Of a stretch of DNA of 64,000 nucleotides, positions 12,107-24,300 are shown piece after piece. Numbering within the stretch: the first letter of the stretch is position 1; each line of letters begins with the position of its first letter. The DNA is from Azolla caroliniana (lineage: Eukaryota > Plantae > Polypodiophyta), in the NCBI GenBank assembly GCA_043228905.1, contig JBHGNT010000001.1:13454001-13518000 (forward strand), written 5' to 3'. Under the pieces are notes generated by a model, which was not told where the DNA came from, searched no databases, and saw only the letters and a program-made list of their open reading frames with translations. Position numbers and translations under genes: made by a program.

Positions 12107-13555
12107 AAAGCAGTTGCATACTATTTGAACTACGACCCAGTTGGTCGTGAGGTCGTCGTTCGTCTCCAAGAGGAGACCAGCCTTCTTGCGATCACACAAA
12201 TCAACCGACTTGATGAATAATAGGACCTTACTCGTGTGCAACACAGTTCGATCTAGCTCGCATAATCACGTGAATCTCTTTTCGAGTTCTTGGAGAAGCA
12301 TTGATGTGTTCCTTCTTTGTCAGGCCACTTGACCCACTCCATAAGCTTCCATATTGACATTCAAAGAAAGTCATCAATTTCGTACCTTTCAAGGAGTTGC
12401 TCCTCTAGCTTCGACCAATTATGGCAATCGTCTTGTATTTTGAGCACCTCCACATGGATGCTGGGCATGACACCTCGGGGAAATCCAAACACCCGCCTAT
12501 CCTCCGGAATGTCCCACATCAGCATTTCGGCCTTGTATGCCTCCAAGTAGCTCGTCACGTCTTTAACATTAAATTGGCATGTTCTGCCGAATATCGTTTC
12601 AATGGCCCTATCAAGGGCACCCACGCTTTCTCGAGCATTTACCAAGCGGTTGACAGACACCGCCATAGCTTCTGCATCCCACATTTTGGACTCCTTCATA
12701 GCCCCTTTTCATGTCGTATTCACCAAAGATGTCGCGGAAATCCATGTGCAGATGTCGGATACAAGGCGGGACCACTGGGGTCTTGAGCTAAGGAGCTAGA
12801 GAGAGAGAGAGCGTGAGAGATACTATTATCCGGTTCAATTACCGAATGCCTTCACGGGCACACAGGCCCACAATGCAAACTATCTCGACCTATCATTGAA
12901 TTCCCGACGATGACGAGCATGTAGGCTCGTGGACTCAAACAAGCACACAAGTGAAAGCAAGTTGAGACGAGAATGCAACCAAGATATAGAGGCCCAGACA
13001 CACAGCAACATTGAGAAACCCCAATACAACAAAGATAATGAATTAATTTGTAATAGAGGGAGATACACCCAGGCTTGGCCAGTAACAGAGCATCGAGCTC
13101 TTAACACACCCATGCAAGCACTAGCGAGCCTCTAATCGGAATCACACAGGCTTCCAACACAAACAAGCCTTACCCTACCACACCAGAATGACAAAACAAA
13201 AAACCTAGAAGTAGAGAGCCTAAACTGACAACGTTTCGCCTCCAAAACAATGGATCCCACAAACATTTTCAAACCTCCCCTTTTATAGCACAAGGGGAGG
13301 CTATTACATGATGCATTCATTCAACCATTTTTTGTCAGTGATTCTCCCTTGATTCTCTCTCACATATCATCCTATTAATCCTCTCTTTCTGTGGGACATT
13401 AAAGTACCGATTAACTACTCTACCTAGTACTTATAAATACTATATATATATTTACATGTCTTTGTACATTGGTCAATGTTCATGTGCATACTTGCACACC
13501 CCTATTCACACAGGTCTAGCTAAGGTTCTCGCTATGGCCAGAATTCCCCACGACA
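12107..13555 (-). mobile_element. G1-family 5' remnant: 5' LTR (12730-13555), degenerate Trp PBS (12708-12725) and gag start
   Basis: MKESKMWDAEAMAVSVNRLVNARESVGALDRAIE matches G1 gag; outer flank ACGT. Confidence 0.85.
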
Positions 13556-13870
13556 ACGTTCACCCCCAAACCGTCATCAATTATGCATCCTAAAATTTCT
13601 TCCGCCTTGATGATGATTTTGATTGTGGGGTTATGGTGATCCATGACCATCGACCGCTCGGTGGATTCCACGAAGTTTGCCGCGATGGTTGGTTGGTCCC
13701 CTTTGAGTATTCGGGCCTCCACTGACTATCAAAACCGTGGGACTAAATTTAACAGTTTGTGCATCGACATCGTGATTTGGTAGTCCACAAGGGCTTGCCA
13801 AATAGGGTCCTCGTCTATTGTCTCATCAACGATCGGTGGTGGTGCAGTTGTCGCCATGGACAGACTGGTG
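13556..13870 (-). pseudogene. G2-family gag-end/protease fragment
   Basis: VMDHHNPTIKIII..ILGCIIDDGLGVNV matches G2a VVDHHNPTIKLIL..IIGCLIDGGTGVNV. Confidence 0.8.
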
Positions 13871-13937
13871 TTGTTCCCCCTTCAAGAGAGATAGCAGCAT
13901 GAGAAGAGGGTTCTTCAAGGAAGGAGGAGACGACTAT

Positions 13938-13986
13938 GAAGAAGAAGAAGAAGAAGAAGAAGAAGAAGAAGAAGAAGAAGGAAGAG
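13938..13986. repeat. (GAA)n microsatellite
   Basis: Direct reading. Confidence 0.9.
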
Positions 13987-14061
13987 GATGCCAAAAGAGA
14001 GACAAAGTTAGAGAAAGAGAACTTAGAAGGGATGAAGGTTTCTTCCTCCTCCCCCCCATGC

Positions 14062-14736
14062 TATAGTGGATGAGCCATTTGGTGTGTGATCCAATTGAGA
14101 AATGTGTTAACCGAACGAGAAGGTTCGAATAAAGTAAACCTCTGATTGAAGTTATCAATCATAGAGCTCTAATCTGGTCGAGGGATTTCCGATTGTTGAG
14201 ATGATCGATGAAGTTCCGATCGATAAGAGTTGCCATGGAGAGTGGGTTTACCGTGCAATGCACTATCCCACAAGCATGCCATGTGTTACCCGTAGGAGTG
14301 TACGGGACGATGTAAGGGTTAAACGCGATAAAGGGGTTGTGGTATATGTGTAATGTATACGAGTGTGAATGAGGATAAATATGTGTATGAACACATGCAC
14401 AATTATGTGCATGTGTATAAGAATGTACGGTAATATTATGCAACCATTATATGATGTACTATATAAACACCCCTATGGGGCATGTAATGGTAATATAAAA
14501 CTTTTCCCTCTCATTTTGTGTCATTCACTATTTTTCTCTCCTTCTCTCTCTCCCTCACACGTAACCCCCTCGGGAGGGGGGTGGACCCATTCTTGGCTTC
14601 AACCCCCACCAATAAACATTAGATTCGTTTGCCCCTCAATCGTCTCTTCTTCAGTCGGCATCCTTGCTCAGTGCTACCTCTTCAGCCTTTTGGTATTCCA
14701 ATTCTATGGACATTGCCTTTTTGGCTCATCTGATCA
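14062..14736 (+). mobile_element. Possible old solo LTR
   Basis: Near-terminal inverted repeat GATGAGCCA (14069-14077) / TGGCTCATC (14722-14730), TATA CTATATAAA near 14459, AATAAA at 14611. No TSD. Confidence 0.3.
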
Positions 14737-16089
14737 AGTCAATCTTCAACTTTCCTCTGATGTTCTTTTGCCCGATCGCTTGTCGTAGTCCTATCGTTGT
14801 CCTCAATGCTCTAAAGTGTATGTGTACCCTCAAAATTTTAAATTTATATTTTTGCCCTTTGATTATTGAAATTTCTCTTTTGCCCTCTCTTTTTTAAAAT
14901 TTAGTATTATGCCCTTGAGCATCTGAATTTACTGTCAATGCCCCTCTTTTCTTTCCTTTTCTTCTATTGCTTCTCTTCTTTCTTGTTTCTTCTTTGTCAC
15001 TTTCTTCTTCTTTCTGTCTTTAGGTGCCGTCTTTTTCTTCTCTTACATCTGCCATGGCTTCTGTTTCTTCTTCCTCTTCGTGTTCTTTGTTGTCTATCTT
15101 CTCATCTCTCTTGCTGCTACTTCCTCCTCCTCCTCCTCCTTCTTCTTTGTTTTCTTGTTATTTTCTCTTTCTTCTATTATTCTCTTCTCTTGGCATTGTG
15201 GGGGACCTTCCCTTCTCCTTCGGTCTAGCCATCCAACCAGCTCCTCATCTATCCGGCTGGTCATGCCATTTGGTGGCAAGGCCGGCTCCGTTGGGCTATG
15301 AGACTGTGTGTCCGGGTGGCTGTCATTGTCCGTGACATTGACATCATGCTTGAGTCCTCCCTATGGCTCGTTACCTCTTGCAAAAATGCTTCTTGATGTT
15401 GTAGATACGATGGTACCTGTAGATAGTGGCAAACAAAAGTTGATGGGAGATTGAGCAAATGATTTGATGAAGGATGTTAGAGAGAATGATGGAGCTAATG
15501 CCACACCACCTTGTGTAGAATTCCATCACTAAACTAATCACTAATGCTAATTACTTTCAACAGCTTTTCCGTCGACTTCAACCAGTTATGGCCGTGAGAG
15601 CTCTTCGGCCTTCCATGAGTTTTGTTAGCAAATAGAGAACGCACAGAGGTTAACTCCCTCTGTGATCCAAAACGGTTACTGCCTTCAAGAATCTTTGATG
15701 AAGCCCCCCATCAAAAGACCCTATCTCTTGCAATGTTTGTTCTTTAAGACTTAAACTGTTGTTCATCCTCACTGCTTGTTTCTTCTTTCGTATAGCATCT
15801 TGAAGAATGAATGGATCATGCTTTGAATAATGAAGATCTCTGAGTTTAGTATTCCTCGTAAGCTCTGATCTCAATGAAGAATCACCTTCTCTGCACACAT
15901 GGTACCCTTCCACATGGATGGTCATGTCTTCTCGGATCCAAAAATATTTTCTCTGCTTCGAATAGCGCCATCTTTCAAAGATGGTTAGATGACGATTCCA
16001 TTGATCTGGTTAGAGACCACCTCTCTCTCAGTCATTTGCCGATGATGCATGAGTGTCTGATTCATGAAACCTTTGAGCAATATGGTTAT

Positions 16090-17385
16090 TGTCGAGCAAG
16101 CAAGCTAAACTTGGGTCGATCATCTGAAGAAGACGAGAGCCGAAGCAGTGAAAGACCAATCGAGGACATCTGAATCAACTAAAGAAGCTGAGGGCCGAAC
16201 TGAAAAGAGTTCAATTCGGTTACCAAGTGGATGAAATCCGAAAGGTTGATGGCAGCCTATAATCCTATTATAGTAATAGGAATAATTTAGGGCAAAATTA
16301 GTGTCAGACTCATTTATGAGCATTCAAGTACTTGTGTTAACCCACTCGTTAGGGCTTCTATATAAAGTGCTCTCTACACGTATGTATAGAGTGTTCATTA
16401 TTCATAATAGAAGTTGTAGTCTGCTCTCTCTCTGTGTGTCTCTCTCACTATTTTCTATGTTTACTAACTGTGTATATTCCAAACAACCGACTATGTACTT
16501 TATGTCTTCTCTTGAACACGGTTCCACACAAAATTTTTCACATGGTATCAAAGCGTCAAGATTCAGACTCCTTTGCAACCGATAGAAAGCAAGCGAACAA
16601 GATAGAGACAAGTTTTCGTTTTTGGGAAAAAGAAAAGATGGGAAGATGGATAGAGGTATGGGAAGCTCACTTCTGACAGAAAAGCTAGATAGGAGCAGCT
16701 ACGCATCTTGGTCATACAAGATGCACCAATACCTGCTCGGGCATGGTTATTAGAGTTACGTCGAAGGAGCCAATGATGAAGCATTAGAGTCGACACATAG
16801 AGATTTTCTAGCCTGGGAACAGGCGGCAAGCAGTGGTCTGTACTACTTCGCGTCCTATGTGAGCAACTACCTCTTGAGCTATATTCGGGATGCCAAGATG
16901 CCAAAGGACGCATGGGTGAATCTAAAACGAATGCTAGCACAACGGCTAGGAAGTTGCAGCTCAGACAAAAGTTGAGAAAATGTGCGGCAAAAAGTTTTGT
17001 CAATGGTTGATTATACAATCTGAATAAAGGAGATTTGTGACTCTCTCACCTTCGTCAACGTAAATGTCAAGGATGATGAGATGGTGCAGGTTTGTCTTGA
17101 GAATCTGGCATTGAAGTTCGGAGCATTCCGAACGGCGGTTTGCACGAGGCAAAATACGCCTTCGTTTTTCGATCTTCAATCGATGTTGTTCGTAAAAGAA
17201 AACACTCAGGTGCATCGACAAGTTCACACATTGGAAGCAAGATGTTGTACATAGAGGCGAATCGGCTCTGTGGTTGTGGTGTAAGAGGTGGGTCAGAAAG
17301 TAAGGGAAGCGGCCGATAGGAGTAGAACCAGATGCATAATAGAAATGCCGACACTAGTTCTGGACCCTCCACAAGTAGGGGGTGA
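16090..17385 (+). mobile_element. Copia F 5' remnant: LTR 16090-16542, iMet PBS 16543-16554, degenerate gag
   Basis: TGTCGAGC..TTCACA|TGGTATCAAAGC; gag homologous to Copia A/B. Confidence 0.88.
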
Positions 17386-17860
17386 TGGTAAAAATGCGCG
17401 GAAGTAAGTAAGGACCTATAGATTATGTGCACAACAAACAACACAAAGAGTATGACTAAGGAAATGATTGAAACGTAGACATAATTAAAGCTCAAATGGA
17501 AGCTCTCGTTATTAACTGTTCTCTCTCTCTCAGAGACTTAAGATACAAGAAGTATTCATTATAGTGTTAGGTGAGAGCTTAAATAATAAGCCCTAACTAT
17601 TCGGACGTGTTCACACTAGGATACAAAGCGGAAGGAATCAGCCTTTTATGCCAACAAACTCCCCCATAAAAGGACTACTCTTTCCTACATGTATAAGCGA
17701 TTGGGGTATCTCCCCCATAAGCCTAGATTACAAAATTAATCTAAATTTATATTACAAGTCACTCAGCATGTAGCCAAGTTGGGAGAGGTGAAGTCGATGT
17801 ATGGCTTGGTTCGGCTAGTCTCAAGGGTTGGCTAGTTCGGGTCGGTCGAATCATTGTTCG
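17386..17860 (-). repeat. LTR-like segment (boundaries approximate)
   Basis: Left end AAAAATGCGCGGAAG resembles copia LTR termini in this window; truncates the Copia F gag. Confidence 0.4.
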
Positions 17861-18045
17861 CTCGAATCGGTTCGATTTTTGGAGTCAACTTGTGACCGAT
17901 TCTCGATTTTGGCTGTGTCAAATTTTTGTAGTTCGCTCATTTTTGCTCTTGTGCTCCTTGCTAAATCCTCGATCTGTATCCGAGTTCGTTCACCTCTCAA
18001 GCGTTTCCTTTCAAGTCACTATCCTTGCTTGATGTAGCTTGATGT

Positions 18046-20154
18046 CTACTTCCGATTGTCCAAATTCCTGGCATAGTCCGAGTTGGTGTAGCCTTCGACT
18101 TCGGTCGATTTTTCTAAGCCGAAATTCAATTGTGCATCTTCGGTTCCTCTCAGATACCTCAAGATGTGCTTGATGCCCTCCCAATGCTTCCGTTTTGGGT
18201 TCGACATGTACCAGCTAATGACCCCCACGGCATATGCAAGATCAGGTCTGGTCACCACCATCACGTACATGATACTTCCTACTACTAATGCGTAGGGTAT
18301 CTTTCCATTGAGCTCTCTCTCCTTATCCATTGGAGGAGAGTCTCTATCCAATAGTCAGATCCATGTTGGAGCAGAGTTGGTGCCAGCTTCGCATTTTCCA
18401 TGTTGAAGTGCCTCAACATTTTTCGGATGTAGTCGGACTAGGAGAGTCGGAGAGTCTTCGTGGTCCGATTTCACTCAATCCTCATGCCCAGTATGTGTCG
18501 GGCTTATCTGAGTTCCTTCATTGCAAATTTGTCGTGAAGGCTCCACTTTAACTTTCTAATTTCGGCTTGATTGCTTAGGATCAGATAGATCAGGGGATCG
18601 TTGGCCAGTTGCCAGGTATATAGACATGGGTTGGAGTTCGACCGGTTGTAGCCGAGTTGTCAGATGTAGGAGTCAAACTTCTGGCACCACATCCTTGGTC
18701 CTTGTTTTAAGGCATAAAGGCTTTTCTTTAGTTGATATATGAGGTGACTTTCCTCCCACGTCACCAAGATCCCTGCTAGTGGGGACATGTAAATGTCCTC
18801 TTCCAAGTCTCCATGTAGGATGTAGGAATGTTGTCTTTACATCTAATTGCTCAAGCTTTAGGTTCTCAGTCGCCACAACCCCGAGTAGGAGTTGAAGGGT
18901 GGTCATCTTGACTTCTAGAGAAAATATATCGTCGTAGTCAACTCCACGTTCTTGATTGAAGCCCTTTGCAACAAGCTTAGCTTTGCATTTGGGTTTTTCC
19001 AAATCGAATACATATTTGTACCGAAAAACCCATTTACAAGGTAGGGGCTTCATTCCGGCTAGTAGTTCGACCAACTCCCATGTCTGATTCTTATGAATCA
19101 AGTCGATCTCAGATTTCATGGCTTGTAGCCATGTGTTAGCATCTAGCGCGGCCATAGCTTCTTCACATGTGCTTGGCTCACCTGCATCGGTGTAGTTGAC
19201 GTAGTGAAGACCCATTTGATAGAACTCTGTTGGCCTCTGAACTCATCCGGATCTCCTTGGTGCCGATTGTGTCGATTGAAATGCCTCAGTTGGTTCGGTT
19301 GGCCAACTGGAATTACTTAGACTATAGTTTGTCTTCAGGAGTACTTCGGGATTATTAGCCCCTTTGATAGGATTTCGGCATCTTCGAATCATCCTCCCCA
19401 TTTTCGGGATTGATTGACATAGAGGTAGGGGACTTAGTCGACTCGGGTCAGTTTTTCCCTTTGGCCTTGGATGTTTCAGTCGGGTCAACTCTATCTCTTT
19501 CGACTTTGTCATTTTTTACTCACATCTTGTCAACTTTGCCTTTTTCGACTCTTGTCAATTCTTCTTTGTCTTTGATGACTTTGTCTTTTAGTTTGACTAG
19601 TGGACCTCCTACCGATTCGGAGTCAGCACGTGTATGTTCGGCTATTTGGTCGGTTTCGACTATCTGTTGATTTTCTTATTCGACCCGGTGAGTCGGTCCT
19701 TCTATGAAACTTTTTTCAGTATCAAAGGAGACCGTTTTGCCAATTGTTTTTGGCTAGTTCTCCTTGAAAAGAATTGAGTCTTTGTTGAAGACTATGTCAC
19801 TTCTTCGGATCAATTTCAGATTCTTCGGGTCCCATAGTTGATAACTGAAATCCCCATCCCTCCTACCGATTCGGAGTCAGCAAGCGTATGTTCGGCTATT
19901 TGGTCGGTTTCGACTACCTATTGATTTTCTAATTCGACCCGGTGAGTCGGTCCTTCTATGAAACTTTTTTCAGTATCAAAGGAGACCGTTTTGCCCATTG
20001 TTTTTGGCTAGTTCTCCTTGAAAAGAATTGAGTCTTTGTTGAAGACTATGTCACTTCTTCGGATCAATTTCAGATTCTTCGGGTCCCATAGCTGATAACC
20101 GAAATCCCCATCGGTTCCATAACCGAGAATTATACATTTCGTTGCATGGGGTGT
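18046..20154 (-). pseudogene. Copia D integrase-end/RT remnant (continues at 63053-63087)
   Basis: GEPST..WLQAMKSE, QLDVKTTFLH, VGSIMYVMVVTRPDL. Joining across Copia C restores PREKRNKLAPHATKCIILGY. Confidence 0.88.
19605..20112. repeat. ~254-bp tandem duplication within Copia D
   Basis: CCTCCTACCGATTCGG..TCCCCATC occurs twice head to tail (19605-19858, 19859-20112). Confidence 0.9.
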
Positions 20155-20245
20155 TGTAAAAGATAAATAATGCGGAAGTTAAACGGACCCTAACCGGCTC
20201 GGCCGGATTGCAACAGAAGATACGGAGAATGGAATACACAAAGTA

Positions 20246-20248
<3 letters not shown>

Positions 20249-20299
<51 letters not shown>
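20249..20299. repeat. (AG)n microsatellite in the Copia C LTR (shorter in the partner LTR, 62713-62731)
   Basis: Direct reading. Confidence 0.9.
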
Positions 20300-20303
<4 letters not shown>

Positions 20304-20688
20304 CTTCAACTTCAATTTCAAAATAATAACACTCTATACATCAAATGTTCTCAGAGAACTTTTATACATGTCCTTAGAAGGTCTAATACAAGTAGCTACC
20401 TCCTTGACCGCTTGGCCAATCGATTCGGCCCCTCTAAATCCAACATTTTGTTTGAATCAGCTACTTCCGATTCTCTTCGACTCTTTACCTAATTGGCTAT
20501 CTCTGATTCGTCGTCATCCTCCAGACCCTTTACCACATCAGACCATGTCTAGTTCTTGGCCTTCTTGCGCTTCTTGGCTTTTCTTCCCCCTTGTTCAGTA
20601 GACTCTCGCTCCGGCTCGTCCCTTCGGCTCCCCCTATATCCGTCTTTGGCTTCCTCAACTGTTCTGAAGTCAAATTTCTCATCCACTC

Positions 20689-21145
20689 TGTTGTCCGCCA
20701 GAATAGTAACCGACGGACAAGAGCGCAGAAATATAGAATATAGTAAAAACATAACGCAACGGGTCACGTAAACGGCTAAAAGACCTTGTGTATATAAAGG
20801 GCAGAAATCCTCTGTAAGAGGTAGCATGTAAATTTTGGTGCATAGAGCGTATCTTACTAGAGTTCTATCTTCTCTGATCCCCTGTGCATCTCTATGGTTA
20901 ATCTACTGTGTTTCTATGATTCTTGGTGGCATATTGTAATCGTAAGAGCGTAGGCGTGAGTGCGAGTGTTGTTACTAGTGCACTGTCGAAGGAGTTCGGT
21001 TGTAGCCGTCTCTCTTATACGCTTCTAGGATACGGGGAGGTATCCCATTACGCATTATGGTACGACGGTACCATTCGTTGCAACGCAGTCACCTTGAGGT
21101 CTATGTTGAAGGACTGAATGTAGACCGTGTTCCTAATCAATAACA
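20689..21145 (+). repeat. G2a 5' LTR
   Basis: TGTTGTCCGCC..AATAACA; matches the split 3' LTR and the solo LTR at 63498. Confidence 0.92.
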
Positions 21146-21149
21146 CTTT

Positions 21150-21163
21150 TGGCACGCTTGGTG
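21150..21163 (+). promoter_or_regulatory. Degenerate PBS, tRNA-Arg(UCU) type (TGGCACGCTTGGTG)
   Basis: 4 nt after the LTR; differs from TGGCACGCCCGGTG by CC>TT. Confidence 0.65.
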
Positions 21164-21399
21164 ATCTATGTCTTCTTACAAACGAACAACGACAAATGGA
21201 TGTTTAGCCGCAGACGCCCCAGAGAACCAACACGACTAGACCGACCAATCACAAGGTCCATCACACGCTAGGTAGAGAAATGCGCACGGAAAAAACCTCA
21301 CCTTAGGGACCTAAGTGATACCTGTTGGGACCACAAAGACGATTTCCCGCTCACCAAATACCCCGACGACAAGTAGGAAGTTCACTCACCACATAAGCA

Positions 21400-24300
21400 A
21401 TGTGGTCTTTCCCTGCTCGCCGTAGCGTCCAACATGGCCTTTTCTTATCCCCGCTTCAACGGAGAAACCAACGCCGCAACCCACATTCGGCTGTTCCTAA
21501 ATGTCTGGAATGCAAACCACACGGCACAAAGACTTTCCGAAGAAGTAGCGTAGCAGTCCAAAATGACAGAGTTTGGATGAACCCTGGATGGGAGAGCGGC
21601 ATTTTGGCATTCACAGATGGATCTGTCAGCGATCACAACCTTCAACCAGATGTAGTCGGCCTTTTTGCGTATCATTCATCGGAGGGTGCCGCAACGCGAA
21701 ATCCTTGGGCAGTTTTATACAATTAAACAGTTGCTAACAAAGATTGTAGCGGATTTCAGTTTGCGCTTCCAAAATCTACGGCGGAATTAGAACGGGGCCC
21801 GACGGAGGACGAGGCTCGGGAAACATTTCTGGCAGCTTTACGATGACCGATACGGACGACGCTCAACAACAATAGTGTGAAAGGAGAAACGGCCGATATG
21901 GTCAAAGAACAAGCGCTACAGCTCGAGCTGGACGAAGAAGAGGAAAGGTTTTCCATGTCCTCATTACGGCAAGCGTTACCTCAGGACGAGGAACGACATT
22001 TTCACCAGGCAATCCAGTGCACGATTTGCTTAAATTTTGGGCATTCCGCAGTCAAATGCAACATCCGAATCCATTGCCCCATCTGTCACTCGAAAGCCCA
22101 CATGGTCTAGCAGTGTGAGTACAATATGTTGAATAGATCCACGCCCACAATACGAAGCATGGAAACACAACGCCCCCCTCGCCGTAATGAGCAAAGGCGC
22201 CAAGAAGAACGACCCCGATATACGGATCGGAACCCACGCGATGACCGGCACTACCGGAATCACCGGAATAACAACGATTCCGAGGAAGAAGAACCGGAGG
22301 ATGAAGAATACCGAGGCAACCACAGATATAATAAAGGAGGCCGACGCTACAAGAATTACCGTCCGACGAACAAACGTGGCTGCTTCAATGGGCCTCGTGG
22401 GAAACATCATCAGTATCGGGACCAACGGCAGTACGACGAAAGTTCGGACGATGACCGGCACCAAGAACCACGTCGGGACCAACAACAACCACGGCGTACA
22501 CTCAGAAGAACGAACCAGGACCGGAAGGAGCAAGCCACAACTGGGGATCGGCACACACCACAAGTTGCTGAGAAAGGCGAATCTAGCGTCCATTGTTTTG
22601 TTTGCCAACACCCCGGACATTATGCCACGCAATGTCCACTATGCAAGGGCAAGGGGCCCGCCGTCAATACGATTATGGCGGAAGTTCAGCAAGTCATGAC
22701 ACGACAGCAAACAAAAAATTCTAACTTGGCCGCGCAAGATGAGATACATCAGATGGCCCAAGCATGGGTCGAAAAAGCAAACGTGGCAAATATAGAGGAC
22801 ATTCGGAAGGAGTCTACAAACAATGTGGAGCAACACTGACCATGGAGAAGCTACTTCAACTAGTCCCACGGTTCCGCCAGGCCATGGAGGATCACATAAT
22901 GGGCAAACTTGGGGGAAGCGTCTCCGCCAATTTTACAGACACCGGCGCCGAACCAACAGTAGTGGATCACCACAATCCGACTATTAAGTTGATATTACAC
23001 GGTCAGGAAATCATAGGATGCTTAATTGACGGCGGCACTGGCGTCAATGTAATTAGCGCGAAGACATGCGAACAATTGGGAATTTCAGAATGGGAAGCTT
23101 GCCCGTTTTGACTTCGGATGTCGGATACCCGCTCAGTATGGCCGTTAGGCTTAATACGCAAGTTAGGCATTATCGTTGGACGACATCGCTTCGATGTCTC
23201 GGCGGTAGTCCTCGCCCTCGACGCCCCAGGAGCATATGCTATGCTGCTTGGCAAACCGTGGCTTTGTTCAGCGAATATCAAACAGAGCTGGCAACATCAG
23301 TGCATCAGCTTTCGACGTGGACGCACCAAGGTTCGCGTACCAACAGAGGAAATGGCGGCACAACACAAGGGCATAACACCGTTATACGCAGAATATATAA
23401 ATATGTTGGCTGGGGTGGATGATACAGAATTAGAAGTATACCTAGACGAGCACCCTCGGATCATTCCGCTATTCAAAATCGACGTCAGTACGGCACGCCC
23501 ACTGTGCTCCACGACGGGGCTTACGAACCAGACCCAGAGTCAATATTAGAACTAAGCAGAGCACGGGCGGCGTTCGAGAGGGAAATGGAAATTTCACGAC
23601 GAGTCACGGCCTCAGCCCTAGAAGAAGTAAACGTGGGTATGGCATCAGAACCCCAATTCCTCTCCATCGCAAAAGAATTACTGTCAGATCAGAGAAATGC
23701 GATGATAGCACACTCAGGAAGTATAAAGATGTGTTCGCTTGGTCCCACGAGGACATGAAGGGATTCGATCCGAAGTTCTATCAGCATAAGATCAATTTAG
23801 CGACCGATGCGAAACTGGTCCAGCAGCGTCGATACCGCATGAACCCAAACTACGCGGCTCACGTAAAAGAAGAAATTGACAAACTCCTCAAGGCCGGATT
23901 CATTCGACCAGTCAAACAAGATACATGGCTAAGCCCAATAGTACTCGTACCAAAGAAAAATGGCAAAATACGTGTATGCGTGCACTACCAGAAATTGAAC
24001 GCCGTAACCATTACCGACGCATTCCCTTTACCGTTCAGCGATAGCGTACTGGACGTAGTTGCAATGCATGACATGTACATCTTTTTAGATGGCTTCAGTG
24101 GGTACAATCAAGTACGCATGCACCCTGATGACCAAGAGAAGACGACGTTTGTCACGGTCTGGGGAATCTATGTCGCGGTCATCATGATGTTCGGGCTAAA
24201 GACGGCGTCGGCTACATTTCAACGAACAATCACGGAGATTTTTGGGGAATATATACCATCCTTCATGCAAGTATTTTTAGACGATTTCACAGTATATGGG

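Noticed and set aside
13818-15335. Poly-E/S/L ORFs
   Set aside because: Translations of GAA/CTT microsatellites and low-complexity DNA.
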